Shown: positions 17,270-31,830 of the stretch, one piece after another
Layout of the letters: each line of letters begins with the position of its first letter
Numbering within the stretch: the first letter of the stretch is position 1
Source of the DNA: Eledone cirrhosa
Taxonomy: Eukaryota
Assembly: GCA_964016885.1 (NCBI GenBank)
Contig: OZ024740.1
Location: 438,526,001-438,590,000 of the forward strand
Reading direction: 5' to 3'
Length of the DNA: 64,000 nt
Program-made: the position numbers and the translations under genes
Notes under the pieces: model-generated
Seen by the model: only the letters and a program-made list of their open reading frames with translations
Databases searched by the model: none
What the model was told of the DNA's origin: nothing

Positions 17270-17736
17270 TATGGCAGACTCCATTCTACTGAATTTCACT
17301 TGAAAGTCTAAAGCAGAGGTCCTGAAAGTGGGCGCTAACCCCCCCCCCCCCTCCCCACACACACACACACACTAGGGGGGGGATTATTGAGAAGATCCAG
17401 GGATACGCTGGCTCTAAGGGGGTGTTAGAGATGATATAACAGTATATTAAATATTAAATTATACATATTGTATATAAATGTAGTAAAATATAAAATATAT
17501 AATATTTACTTATGTATAGCATATATTATATTATTTATTATATATAAATTAACGAGTTTATTTATTATATATTTACAATTTACGTGTAGGCAGGTCTCTC
17601 TGAAAATAGGGGTGGGGTGAGGGTGTTGCGTGGCCATGAGGGGGTGGTGGCCCAAACTTTTGATAACCTCTGGTCTAAAGAGTCAAATCGAACCTGGATT
17701 CATGTGGTTGAGAAGCATATTTCTTAACCACGCAGC
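17270..17736 (-). mobile_element. tRNA-derived SINE, interrupted by a hAT MITE
   Basis: Minus strand begins GCTGCGTGGTTAAG...CCAGGTTCGATT (A/B-box-like) and continues across the MITE. Boundaries approximate. Confidence 0.6.
17314..17672. mobile_element. Non-autonomous hAT (Charlie/Buster-like) MITE
   Basis: Ends CAGAGGT...ACCTCTG, flanked by the exact 8-bp duplication GTCTAAAG (17306-17313 and 17673-17680). Confidence 0.85.
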
Positions 17737-18347
17737 GATTCACAGGACCCGTATCCCGCAGCTACTATTGCATAGTACAGCAAAGTTAATAAACTTTTAG
17801 TGACTCAACTAAACTAATCATAAAGTGTTGTTATTGATAAAACTTCACAACCTAACGAGAAGACTTTCTGAGGTCTCCAAAAATGGGAATACACCAAACA
17901 ACAACAACAATTTACTTCTCCATGAAATCGGAAGATCAGCAGCCCATCTGAAGAAGGTGAGGTGGGGTGACTGGTGCATTGGGTGTCGCTGAACAATGTT
18001 CGCAGAAATGCCTTTGTAGTTTTGACCGTGGGCGCACCCAAAAAATACTTCCCCACCCTAGGCATAGAGCCCACCACTCTCACCCATTCTCCTCTCTTTC
18101 TTCCGAGGCCTATTAGTTCTTGCCTTTCCCTCCCCTTCTTATACGCCTCTACTTCCCTTTACAGCCAGATCTGCCCTTCTCTACTACTTCCACCCTCTGT
18201 TCGTTACTTCATTTTGTTTTCATCTTTGTTTTCCTATTTCCATCATTGTAAAATATAGTTGACATATGTTAATTGATGTATAATTGATTAGATAAACACA
18301 ATTTACTTGTGTATTTATGGACGGACCCGTAATTCCTGATGAAGTTG

Positions 18348-19606
18348 TAGGGGCACCATCGTGATATGATACATATCATGGGCATTTTTAGGGACACCAT
18401 CGTAATATGATATATATCATGGGCATTTTATAGGGGCACCATCGTAATATGATATATATCATGGGTATTTTATAGGGGCACCATCGTGATATGATATATA
18501 TCATGGGTATTTTATAGGGGCACCATCGTGATATGATATATATCATGGGTATTTTATAGGGGCACCATCGTGATATGATATATATCATGGGTATTTTATA
18601 AAGGCACCATCGTGATATGATATATATCATGGGCATTTTATAGGGGCACCATCGTGATATGATATATATCATGGGTATTTTATAAAGGCACCATCGTGAT
18701 ATGATATATATCATGGGTATTTTATAGGGGCACCATCGTGATATGATATATATCATGGGTATTTTATAGGGGCACCATCGTGATATGATATATATCATGG
18801 GTATTTTATAGGGGCACTATCGTGATATGATACATAACATGGGTATTTTATAGGGGCACCATCGTGATATGATATATATCATGGGTATTTTATAGGGGCA
18901 CCATCGTGATATGATATATATCATGGGCATTTTATAGGGGCACCATCGTGATATGATATATATCATGGGTATTTTATAAAGGCACCATCGTGATATGATA
19001 TATATCATGGGTATTTTATAGGGGCACCATCGTGATATGATATATATCATGGGTATTTTATAGGGGCACTATCGTGATATGATACATAACATGGGTATTT
19101 TATAGGGGCACCATCGTGATATGATATATATCATGGGTATTTTATAGGGGCACCATCGTGATATGATATATATCATGGGCATTTTATAGGGGCACCATCG
19201 TGATATGATATATATCATGGGTATTTTATAGGGGCACTATCGTGATATGATACATAACATGGGTATTTTATAGGGGCACCATCGTGATATGATATATATC
19301 ATGGGTATTTTATAGGGGCACCATCGTGATATGATATATATCATGGGCATTTTATAGGGGCACCATCGTGATATGATATATATCATGGGTATTTTATAAA
19401 GGCACCATCGTGATATGATATATATCATGGGTATTTTATAGGGGCACCATCGTGATATGATATATATCATGGGTATTTTATAGGGGCACCAGCGTGATAT
19501 GATATATATCATGGGTATTTTATAGGGGCACTATCGTGATATGATACATAACATGGGTATTTTATAGGGGCACCATCGTGATATCATACATATCATGGGT
19601 ATTTTA
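18348..19606. repeat. 42-bp minisatellite, about 30 copies
   Basis: Unit TAGGGGCACCATCGTGATATGATATATATCATGGGTATTTTA with internal palindrome ATGATATATATCAT; 420-bp (10-unit) higher-order duplication. Confidence 0.98.
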
Positions 19607-19694
19607 CACCTAACCAAGTTAAGCCTCTCTCCAGGCTGGAAAATAGATGGTTTCTTCTAGAGAAAGATAAATAACGTGAGAAAGGGATATAGGG

Positions 19695-19860
19695 GAAGCT
19701 CTGACCCCAATACTGGACAGGTACTTCTTTTGTCGACGTCTAAAAGTTGAAAGACAAAGTTGGCCTCGGTGGGATTTGAATTAAGAGAACGCAGAGAACT
19801 GGAATGAATACCACAAAGAATTCTGTTCAGGGTTGTAATGACTCTGCCAATTCGTCGTCT
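19695..19860 (-). mobile_element. Decayed tRNA-related SINE
   Basis: Minus strand TTGGCAGAGTCATTA...TTCAAATCCCACCGAGGCCAACTTTG...GTCGAC...AAGTACC...GGGGTC resembles an octopus-type SINE (from memory). Confidence 0.6.
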
Positions 19861-20324
19861 ATAATTCTTCAGCCTGTAATGCCACGATTTGATCCTCTGT
19901 TTGGTCAAGAAGATGGAACAGAACCCACTCACTGTGTTGTCTTCTAAATATCATGTATATCAATATTGTTAAAGAGGCCCAGATCATTACTGGGATTTAG
20001 TTGACCTATGATAACAGGCATTCCAACAGCTACACCGCGACCGTCTTTGTGTATATAGAGAGCTAACAACATTGACGACAAAATGTGACTTTCAGCGGAA
20101 CTGGTTGGTATTTCTAGTAGATGGAACAACCACCTGGAGGCTACCTAGCTGCATATTCGCCATGTATATAATTCCTTGAAAAGTAAGCAGAAATCGTTTA
20201 CTGCACGCCAATGACCTTTAACTGTATATAACAGCTATATAATTGAACACAGCAACCATTAGTTCAGGGTAATTTCAGAGATGTATTAGAACACATAGCT
20301 TACTACACCCCTCTCAGTATAGAC

Positions 20325-20402
<78 letters not shown>

Positions 20403-20405
<3 letters not shown>

Positions 20406-20495
20406 CGTAGACATGGCTGTGTAGTTAAAGTGTTCACTTTGCAACCATGTTGTTTCGGGTTCGGTCCTACAGCGTTGCACCTTCGGCAAATGTCA
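20403..20495 (+). mobile_element. SINE 5' head
   Basis: TGGCTGTGTAGTTAA (A-box-like) and GGTTCGGTCC (B-box-like); related to the 17270 SINE. Confidence 0.6.
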
Positions 20496-20524
20496 ACCTA
20501 TCCAATGACTTGTGTGTAATATTA

Positions 20525-20845
20525 AACACACAGGGTGAAACTAAGATACTCCTGTGCTAAGAATATGAAGGCCCTCATCACCAACAGCCCTACGAGCAGA
20601 ACCCCACCAAGATGCTCTTGCCGAAGGCCTGAAGCTTGTCCCCTTCAATAACAATGTAACATACCCGCCGTAATTTACGAAGCTGTGGTCACTTCTAACC
20701 GACCAAATCAACAACAAGAGGTCAAATCCTATGTAGTTAGGGTAGAGGTCCGGTTTAAAGAACGCTTCCTGAATCATCTGTCAACTTTCAGATACACGGA
20801 CAAACGATCGTCCACGAAGCTCGCGAGCCACATATGGCCCCTCAT
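20525..20845 (+). pseudogene. Penelope-like GIY-YIG endonuclease relic (not in the ORF track)
   Basis: Translates RCSCRRPEACPLQ*QCNIPAVIYEAVV...YV...FKERFLNHLSTFRY...STKLASHIW, collinear with the endonuclease domains at 40877, 45257 and about 58120. Confidence 0.85.
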
Positions 20846-21185
20846 TATTGCTCTACCTAATTAAAGCAGGATAACAACGTTTTAGAATTCGAAGATTTTG
20901 AGAATATTCCATAGAAATAGAGCGAAAATATATTTATATTTATCAATGAAAAAATATGACAATTTGTAGTAGTTTATTAATCCATTGTTTTACGATCGTT
21001 TCAGAAGACAGTTATGCAATTGGGCTCGAAAAAGTACACCCATTCTGCTGTCTGTTGTCATATACAGCAGTATGCACGTGCTTTTCCGGGGTTAACTGTA
21101 TGGAGTTGCATACTGCCACTGATTTCAATGCACATTGATAAATATTTAGCCCTCAAAAATGATCGTAAACCAATGGACTAATCTG

Positions 21186-21314
<129 letters not shown>

Positions 21315-21457
21315 CTTTCTTTATTAACCACAAGGGTTTACAAAAGGTAGACATTAAGGAAAGTGCAGGACAATACAGGACGGTACAAAAGGGCATTTCT
21401 GCGTGTAAAAAAAAACAAGAAACAGAGGATGTAATAATAGAACAATGAAAAAATTCC

Positions 21458-24400
21458 CTAATAGGGGGGAGACTTCCGAGGGACATTCGTGGAGAAATCC
21501 ATTAAAAAGCCACAGTGACCCTGACCACCAGGGCAAGTGCCCTCTCCCAGTTTTCCACCTTTAATTTGCAGACACATATTCAGAGTAGGCCCATTCACTC
21601 GGGCCATTCTTGCCTCTCTCACCAATATTTCAACAAAATGCTGGGAAGAGATCACTTCCCTCTCTACCCTGATTTTCCTTTTCAAATGAAATTTGAAAAA
21701 GTTAATCAGGGCATCACCAAAGAGGTAAGTGCTCGTCTTCAGCCCTTTCAAACGTGTCCAAAATACTATATCTTTCGCCATGGCCACCAGACAGATAAAA
21801 ACTGCCTGCCCTTCCCGGCTAAAGGAAGAGGGCGGGGCAATCCTCACGATAGACTCTGCTGATAGCTGGATCCGTCCTACACGCGACAGCAGGTGTTCGA
21901 GATAAACCCACAAGTCACAAATGCTCGGACACTGGACGAGTGCGTGCAGGACGGTTTTGTCGCCCTGCGCGCATCTCAGACATGCCCGGCTGACGGCACC
22001 TCCATGCCTGTAGAGTTTATCCCGAACTGGCAAAGCTCCTCGGTAGCACTGCCAGGCCAGGGATTTCTGGAAGTTGTCCATAGGCCCCGGCCCGAAAGTT
22101 CTTCCGAAGAGATTTGCTAGTTGATTTTCGTCGACGTCTAGAGTTTCCCCAAGTACGTCGTCGTTCTTCCCCTCCACTAATCCTCTATAGAACGCCAAGG
22201 TGGAGTTTCCACCGATCACATTGCCTGTTTGGTCGAGGGCTGTGAGCGCCTGAAGACATTCCAGTCTCCAAGCGCTCCCTCTCGGTCTTCGCTTGACCCA
22301 GGACTGCAGCTCCGTCAAGTAGATGAGCTGGGGAAAGACGCGTCTAGCAAACGGCGACCACACCTGATCACCGTCGAGGAAGAGGTGGAGATGTCGTAGC
22401 CTGAGCGCGTGTCTGCGCATCATCAGCCACGGCATTCGCAGCCCTCCACATAGCGGGTGTTGACAGCAGATCGACCGCCTGACCATCGCAGCGCGTCCCT
22501 TCCACAAAAAGCGAAAGAGCAAACTCTCCAGCGCAGTCAGGCGGGGCTTAGGACAAGTTACGACGGTCAGGCGGTAGTAGATGACGGACGCGATATACGC
22601 GTTAGCCACCTCCGCTCGACCTTTCAGGGATAGCTTCCTCTCCGCCCATTTCTGGATGAGAGAAGCCACCCTGCTCGTCACCTCGTCCCAGTTTTTGTCC
22701 GTGTGGAGGTCCGGACCGAACCAGACCCCAAGCAATTTAAACGGTCCGTCCGTCCAGCGCCCGACGACGCTGTTGGACGGTATGGACCTGCCTCTCCAGG
22801 TGCCGAGCTGCAGGCCCACTGACTTTTCCTGTTTGATCATTGCTCCTGTCACAGCTTCGTATTCTCTTAGTGTAGTGCCGATCGCCTCGATGTGTTTGGC
22901 GTTCGACACCACTACGATGATATCGTCCGCATATGCCGTTTGTGCAGTAATGGCTCGAGAGTCAATACGTACAGGAGGGACGAGAGGGGACATCCTTGGC
23001 GGACCGAGCGCATGATGTTGAACGGTTCCGAAAGGTGACCGTACACTCTCACACAGAGCAGATATCGCTGTGCATGGCAGCGATCCAGCCTCTGAAGACG
23101 GGCCCAAAGCCAGCCGCACTCAGGACTGCCGCTAGGTAACGATGGTCGACCTTATCGAAAGCTTTCGACTGATCTAAATTGATCAAGGACCCACCCGTGC
23201 CAGGTTCCCTAGCTACCCTCTCTACGATGTAGCGCATGAGGTGGAGGTTGTCGTGGATGGATCTGTCGGGAATGGCGCATGTCTGCGCCTCTCTCACCAG
23301 ACCACCAACGACAAGCGCCAACCTCTTTGCTAGCACCTTGGCCAAAATCTTGAACTCTGTGTTTAGCAGAGTTATGGGCCTAAAATTATCTATGTTATCC
23401 CCCTTGTTTGGATCCTTTCTCAGCAGCGCCACAGATTCTCGGCTCACAGAGCTGGGAATTATTCCGTTCTGTTGCCAGTTGCAGTAGACGTCCGCCAAGA
23501 GGCCTCCGAACAAGTCTGGCATCTGTACGTAAAGTTCATAGGGCAGACCATCCAAACCAGGCGATTTACCCCTTGTGCAGCCAGTCATTGCCTCCCGTAC
23601 TTCAGCGGCTGTTATCGGCTCTTCGCAACACTCCGCCTCAGTGGCCGAGAGCCGCGGCAGTCCGTCGAGGTAGACACTAAAGTCCATCCCTCGATCCGGC
23701 CCGCCGCTGCCCCCGAACAGCTGTGCGAAGTGTCGCTGAAAAGCTTCACACATTTGCCCGGGATCGAGTAGCATGCGCCCGTCTTGGTCCACCAAAGACC
23801 GGATCGTGGCTTTGTTGCCACGACGCGCCTCTGCCACTCGGGCCCGTTGAACGGCTTTCGTCCCCTCGTGTCTGAGAGCACACACCCTAGCTTTGACAAC
23901 GCAGCCTTCGTGCTTTGCATTGAAGAATTGGTCAAGGGCCAATTTCGCCGCAAGTACGTCGGTCGCGATGCCTTTGCTAAGCGCCTCGTCTAATTTTCTA
24001 ACTAATTCTCCCTCTGCTCTATTTTCCTCTATTGCTAAAGCCTTACTAAACCTAATGGACTCTATTCTAATTGCTCTTTTCAGAGCAAACCACCACTTGT
24101 TGACGATGGCCCCGTCAACGCCCACTTAACTAGTTCACTAATCCGGTCTCTGTAGGCCTTGCGCGCTGGTAAGGACGGGTTTAGCTTCCAGTAACAGGGT
24201 CCTCGTCTATGAAGCCTATCTAAGTCAAGCACACAGATCACGAATTTGTGGCCCGTGTAGCTGACTATCTTGAATTGTGGACAGCCTATGCTAGATTTAT
24301 CTATTTCCCTACAAAATACTCTATCTAGATATGATCTGGATGACCCTATGCGATTTGTCCAAGTCCACATTGGCACATTCGGGAAATCCAATCGGTACCT

Positions 24401-24928
24401 GTCAGACAGTTCAAAACGCCTGAGCAGGTTGGCGAGGCTCATGCACCCTCCTCCCCTATCCGCTAATCCCACACAGTTCCAGCGTGCATCTAAGATCCCG
24501 TTCCAGTCGCCCACTAACACTAAAGAGCGGGACGTTCCAAGAAAGGTCTCCAGACGCCGGAAGAAATCAGGCCGCCCTGCTCCTGTCGGGGCAAAGACGG
24601 CCACTAGCCTGAAGGCTTGCCCGTTTCCGCTGGTCACGTCTAGCACCACCAACTTACCTTCTGGGTCCAGGAAGATGACCCGTATGGCGAGATCCAAACC
24701 TCTCCGAAAAAGCACAGCAACTCCTCCTCCCGATCCCGGACGGCTGGGAGATGCGTACACATCTTAGCCGCTGAAGATCGGTGCGAAGGCCTGTGCTTCG
24801 GAGATTCTGGTCTTGCTGATGGCCACTACATCTATGTTTAGTGACCTGAGGTCGTTGAGCAGATGGCCCTGCTTCCATGACGACCCCAAGCCATGCGCAT
24901 TTATGCTGCCTATTCTGAGTGAGGTCAT
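21458..24928 (-). pseudogene. Tx1-like ORF2 (APE endonuclease, reverse transcriptase, C-terminal zinc finger), disrupted
   Basis: MTSLRIGSINAHGL start, GDWN, SYLDR, WKLN, KSPGLDGLP, FRPITLLN, DQSKAFD, RQGCPLS, YADD, CLRC...HALVQC. Stop near 24764; frameshifts near 24120 and 22950-23050. Confidence 0.92.
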
Positions 24929-24968
24929 GTTGAAATGGAGTGGAAAAGATGGGAAAGACCACTTACCC

Positions 24969-26864
24969 TACTTCTCGTAGAGGAAGGATGGTTTGTCCAT
25001 CCTTTTCACTGCTCGTGACCTCCTCCGGAAGGATGTCCTTATAAATCCTCCTGGAGAGTGTTTGTCGGAAGTCTCCGATGTCTTTGGGGAATTTTTGTTT
25101 TAGTGTTGTGTACGTTTTCTGTGTGATGCGAGTGATTGGTATGTGTGGAGGTGGTGTGAACTTTTGGGTTGTTGTGTAGTCTTTTTCTGTGATGCTGATG
25201 TTGTGTTGGATGTAGTGTAATTATTGGTTGTTCAAATTTAATGCTGTGTAGTGTGTATCGTTTTGGTTGTTTTGTTTTGTTTGCGTTTGTTGTGGGTTTG
25301 TTTCTGCTTCGCTTTTTGGTGACTTTTGTGGTGTTGGGGTTAATGATGGTGTTGGTGTTTGTGGTGATGGAGTTGGTGATGCTGGTGTGGATGGTGACAT
25401 ATCTGTCCTAACTTTTTTTGTTTGATAGTTTATTTGTTTCCCTCAGTATTTTGTTTTTGGAGGGGGAGGGAAGAGAATTTTTTTCTTTTTTGGTTTCTTT
25501 TTTTCTTTTTTCCTGATACCGTTTCCCACTCCTCGTCGTCACAATCTGTTTCCAATTGCGATAGGCCGGTGAGGGGAAAATCATCCACAGGCGTTGGTTT
25601 TGCTTGTGGCGTGGTGGATGGTGTAGGCGCTGGTGCTAGTTCTGGCGCGTTGGGTGGTGGTGGTGTTGGTTTTACTCCTGTTGCTGCGGTTGTTGCTGTT
25701 ACAGTTGCTTCTGTTGTTGCTGCTACAGTTGTTGCTGCCATCTCTGCTGCTGGTGCTGTTGATGGTTGAGTCACTGGGGTGGGTAAGAGAGGTGGCCTCA
25801 ACCTTTTAGCCTGAGGGCAGAAAGCCCTTAGGTGGGTTCCTTCACCACAAACGACACACCTAGGCCTTATACCCTCGACGATTACGGTGAGGTAGCTGCC
25901 GTCAGTGAGGTCTATTACCTCTGGGATCTCCTCAATGCTTATATGGTCCGCTTGGATCAGGAGCTCCATCCCAGATCCGGACCAGTTCTCCTGCTTTTCT
26001 TTCGCTATTTCGATTATCTTGGTGTTAGCCTCGATGCCGGCGAGCACGGCAGCCATTAGCCAGGGAATTTGGATGGCCGGTGTAACGTCGGTCACCCTGA
26101 TCTTCACGAGTCTCTGGCCACAATAGCTTTGGACAAGTGTGAAGTCGTCACTTCTTAATGGGGCCATGGAGTGTTCTCTGGCCTCCCGCGGTGTTTCAAA
26201 GAACACGTCCACGGTTCCATATTTCTGCCCACGTCTGATGTGGGATTTTTTGCCCACTCATGTCCCAAAGCTTTTTGGATTTGGGACTCGGATGCCCGTT
26301 CCACTCGGCGCGATTTTATGTTAATTGTCCGATAAAACACGGTGCATAGGCGACGATGCTCCATTTTATTAGGTGGGGTGGGGGGAGGCTGACCTTGTAC
26401 CCATCTTTCTTTACCATTCTTTTGGCCTCTTCTAATTCCTCCTGAGTTACCTGGATCGCTTCGCACGTTTTTGCTACTCTCGCAAAAGACAGGGTAGTTT
26501 TCTTAATTTCATTGTTGTTGCTGTTATCGTTATTTTTGTTATTGTTAATTTTAGTTTCAGTTGTGGTGGTGGTGGCGTCAGTGGTGTTCGGTGTGGAAGA
26601 GTTCATTTTGGTTGAATTCATTTCGATATCACGAGTTAATTTATTTTTTTCTTTTGTTTCTGTTGTCGCTGTGGTGGTGGTGGGGGTGGCGGCTTTAACA
26701 CCTGCAGTCATTGGTAATGGCAGGAAATGAATGTCTGCCTGAGACAAATTTAAAATATTGCTACTGCTTATATTTTTAGTGTTGGAAAACGTAGTAATAT
26801 TTACAATGGTGGTGTCGGTGTGAGGTGTTAATTTGTGAGGAAGGTGTGATTCTGAGTCGGCCAT
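24969..26864 (-). pseudogene. Tx1-like ORF1 (gag-like), frameshifted
   Basis: ATG at 26864, SFARVAK motif, CVVCGEGTHLRAFC knuckle (CX2CX4HX4C), WETVSGKKKKR. 3' end approximate. Confidence 0.8.
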
Positions 26865-27118
26865 GATTTTTCAAAGAAAGTTTTTTTGTTTGATAATTTT
26901 AAAAAGTTTAAATTTTGGGCTCAAGGCCCCAATATTTTTGGGTGTCCTTTTCAGAAATCAATTTATGTGCACTTATATACAGTTAACAATAAAATCTTTT
27001 CCATAAACGGCAATTTTAAACAACTGAAAATAACAAACCTTTGCGGAGCTGACGATGATACAATTTACTACGTAGGTCGCCAATAATAATAATAATAATG
27101 ATAATAATAATAATAATT

Positions 27119-27200
27119 GTTTCTACTTTAGGCACAAGGCCAGCAATTACCCAGTAAATTTCTGGTACTCTATTTTATCGACCCCGTAAGGATGAAAGGT
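27119..27200 (-). mobile_element. SINE 3' fragment between (AAT)n tracts
   Basis: CTGGTACTCTATTTTATCGACCCC...GAAAGG resembles the tail region of the 19695 SINE. Confidence 0.55.
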
Positions 27201-27222
27201 AATAATAATAATAATAATCATA

Positions 27223-29423
27223 TTAAACTGATTTGAGTATCACAGTTGAAACTCTTAAAGGGCAGGCCAAAAAACTAACCAACTGAAAATCACCAAGCCC
27301 AGATGGTGTGCAGGGGTATTGGATTAAAAATATAACATCCCTCCACCCGAAACTGACAACCATGTTCAATGACTGCTTGATATCAGGTGAGGTACCAGAG
27401 TGGTTGACAAAAGGTACCACAGTTCTGGTAATGAAAGACCGAATCAAGGGTAATGATGTTACCAACTATAGACCTATAACATGTGTGTCCGTAATGTGGA
27501 AACTGTTAACAAGCAGTGTGTCTGAGGCAATCTACAATCACCTCCACATAAACAACTTGTTGCCGGACGAACAGAAAGGATGCCGAAAGAAGTCCCGTGG
27601 TACAAAGGACCCGTTACTTATTGATAAGATGGTAATGAGGAATTGCAAGAGGAGACACACTGGTCTTGCCATGGCATTGATAGACTACAAAAAGGCATTC
27701 AACATGGTACCTCATTCTTGGATAACCAAAAGCCTACAGATCTTCAAGGTGGTAGATAACATCATACAGTTGTTGAGCAAAAGTATGAAGTCCTGGAAAA
27801 CAGAGTTAACATTGGGTGGAGAATCCTTGGTAGGCGTGAAGATCAAGAGAGGTATCTTCCAGGGAGATAGTTACTCCCCTCTGTTGTTTGTCCTTGCCCT
27901 CATACCCCTGACCATTATACTGCGAAAAGTGAGAGCAGGATACAAGTTGGGAAAAAGGAGAGCCTACCATCAATCGCCTACTCTTCATGGACGATCTTAA
28001 GCTCTTCGGGAAGAGTGAGAAGGAGTTGGATGTGCTTGTTGACACAGTCTGTATTTTCAGCAATGATATATGTAAGCAATTTGGTATTAGTAAGTGTGGA
28101 GTCCTTGTGATGAAGAGGGGTAAATTGAGCAGAAGCAACGGAATCCAGGTACCAACAGGTGAGATGATAAATGAAATTGACACTGAAGATGGATACAAAT
28201 ATTTGGGTATTCTGGAGGCTGATGACATCAAGAACATAAAAATGAAGGAGTTGATAAGATCTGAGTACATTCGGAGAGTAAGGAGCGTATTAAAATCACT
28301 TCTGAACAGTAGGAATGCCATAAGTGCAGTAAATTCCCGAGCTGTGCCTATTATTAGGTACAGTGCGGGAATTCTGAGATGGAATGTTGCTGAACAAAAA
28401 GAAATGGATAGGAAGACTAGGAAGCTATTGACTATCTACAACATGTTCCACAAGAGGAGTGATGTCGATAGACTCTACTTAAGGAGATCTGAAGGTGGAA
28501 GAGGTCTTATTAGCATAGAGGACTGTGTTCAGATGGAGAAAAACAACCTACACAAATACGTGACTGACAGTAGGGAGCTAATGCTCAGAATTGTACTGAA
28601 GGAGAGAACAATAGACCAGGGGATGTACAAAGAGGAAATAACAACAAGGAGGATGACCAACCGTCATGAAAAATCCCTTCATGGTACCTTCTTTGAGAAA
28701 ACTGAATTTAGAGATCCACAGACATAGAATTGGTTGAAAAGAGGAGACCTTAAAAAGGCTACAGAAGGAATGCTAATGGCTGCGCAAGAGAAGGCCCTAA
28801 AAACGAAGTGGGTGAAACACCATATTTACAAGGAGGAGGCTAGCCCACTGTGTAGTATCTGTGGAAAGAGAGAGGAGACTGTGGCTCACATTGTAACCGA
28901 GTGTAAACACCTAGCCCAGACTCACTATAAAGGCTGGAAACATGATGTGATAGGCAGGGTGACCCACTGGCACCTATACAAAGTAAACAATTTACCACAT
29001 TCTGAGAAGTGGTATGAGCATAAGCCAGAGTCGGTGATAGAAAACGATAAGGTGAAGGTGCTGTGGGATTTTAGGATACAGACGCACAAGAAACTGGAAT
29101 GCAATAGACCTGACCTAGTGGTTTTGGAGAAGGAAAAAGGATCGTGCCTGATTGTAGATGTAGCCTGCCCATTCGACACGAGAGTGCAAGAGAAGGAGAG
29201 GGAGAAAATTAACCGATACCAGGATTTAAAGTGGGCGTTAAAAAGGATTTGGAACTGCCATGAAGTCAAAGTGGTCCCGATTGTCATAGGCGCATTAGGT
29301 AATATCTCAAACAGTTTCCAAGGATGGTTAAAGAAAATTAGTCCAGCCCCGCTTTTTGGAACACTTCAAAAGGCATGCTTGCTGGGAACAGCAAGAACCC
29401 TTCGATTCGTCCTGAATATCTGA
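27223..29423 (+). pseudogene. RT-RLE polyprotein, disrupted
   Basis: NYRPIT, EQKG, IDYKKAF, GIFQGDSYSP, FMDDLK, YKYLG, CSICGKREETVAHIVTEC, NRPDLVV, DVACP, KINRY. Stops near 27284 and 28725; frameshift near 27960. Confidence 0.92.
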
Positions 29424-29497
29424 GGCTGCAGGTAGTGGCTTCATATTCATTTCAATAAACTTTCCAGTTAAATAACATCAATAACTGAGACTCAAAG
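27223..29497 (+). mobile_element. 5'-truncated Dong/R4-clade non-LTR retrotransposon (RT plus restriction-like endonuclease)
   Basis: RT followed by CCHC and a PD-(D/E)xK nuclease, short 3' UTR, (AAT)n on both sides; Dong elements are known to target TAA repeats. Confidence 0.88.
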
Positions 29498-29517
29498 AAT
29501 AATAATAATAATGATTA

Positions 29518-29588
<71 letters not shown>

Positions 29589-30217
29589 ATACTTCTACTA
29601 CTAATACTACTACTACACACATACACACACTCACATATATGTAAATGCCATACATAAAATATATACATTCATATACATATGTGTACATATGAATGAATAT
29701 ATAGTGTGTGTACAAATATCAATGGATATATAATATGCACACAATAGACACACATATACACATATATAAATATATATATAGTGTTCAGTGGTGAGCAATC
29801 TCATCATTATTTAATAGTAAGAAGAATATAATTCGTTAACAAATGAACTCCATTAAAGCATTAAAAAAAGATGACCTAAACAACAATAACAAACATTATT
29901 CCACCATTAATACGGACTTTCATTGATCCAGAGATTTGGGCTTTAAAATTGTAATGGAAAATCAGTGAAGATGACTTGATGTAAATATGAAAAGCGTGTA
30001 TCATGGCTAAGGATCAAAAGCATGGATTAACCAACCGGCAGAATTGTAGCAAATGAGTGAGTGTTAAAGCAACGCATGTTTTTCCATTAAGTAAATTATA
30101 GTTTCTAACAAGTTCCACTCATATTTTATAATCTTGATAGGACGCCTCCGTAGCCTGTCGATGTTATCAGATTCAAATATAATGTGCTTCAAAAGATGTT
30201 AGAACACGCTTCTTCAC

Positions 30218-30345
<128 letters not shown>

Positions 30346-30376
30346 GATTTTAAAATGAATGTAAATACATATACAA

Positions 30377-30447
<71 letters not shown>

Positions 30448-30593
30448 TGAGTGTGTGTGTATTTATATACATAAATATAAATATATATATATATATACAT
30501 ACATATATGCAAACGTATTGTATATTTATTCATACGTGCTAACATACATTTATGCATACGTTCATCTATCCATCCACACACACACACACACAT

Positions 30594-30631
<38 letters not shown>

Positions 30632-31292
30632 GGACAGAGAGTTCAATAAGCTGTCCCCTGATACATGTATTAATGTATTCCCACATTTTAACCCCCCGGA
30701 GATCATCTCACCCGGACTAGTAATTTAATACTCCAAGGATTCCATTGATTACAAAACATTTCAGATTCTATTAAATTTCCAACAAAGCAAAAGAATAAAT
30801 CAAAATTCGTGCGTGTGTGTCTGGTGTGTCTGGTGTGTCTGGTGTGTCTGGTGTGTGAGTGGGTGTGTGTCTGGTATGTGAGTGTGTGTGTGTCTGTGTG
30901 TGTCTGGTTTGTGTGTGTGTGTGTATATGTGTCTAGTGCGTTTTGTGTGTGTGTGTGTATGTATGTATATGTATATACATATATATAATATATATGTTTA
31001 TAGTATATATATATATATATACATACATAAATGAGAAAAATAAAGCGAATAAAAACATGGGAAAGTTAAAAGAAAGAGCTATAAAATAATGGCAACTAAC
31101 GAAGAAGCAAGCATAACAAACGTTTGAAAGATAAAAAAAAACAATGGCGGAAGAGAGTAAAGGAGAGAAGGCCGTCAACAACAGTTTATTGGGAGGGAAT
31201 CTCCATAGGGACTTTACACTGAATATAGACGGAACAATTTCTAGCACGCCCTGAGTCTTCATCGTTCTTATAGTTCTCTTTCTCACTCATCA

Positions 31293-31830
<538 letters not shown>

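Noticed and set aside
316-17311. Long ORFs (KVCSI)n, (MFYKG)n, (YRTYL)n
   Set aside because: Translations of the 15-bp satellite; frames shift at 14-bp units and there is no gene structure.
18334-18345. CTGATGA before the 42-bp array as an HHR core
   Set aside because: No matching GAAA, helix III or helix I partner was found.
18348-19606. CRISPR-like appearance of the 42-bp array (also the 36-bp array)
   Set aside because: Head-to-tail repeats with no unique spacers and no cas genes, in a eukaryotic context.
17800-20110. Possible multi-exon host gene from unique islands near 17.9, 18.3 and 19.9 kb
   Set aside because: Every consistent frame contains stops and no family was recognised.
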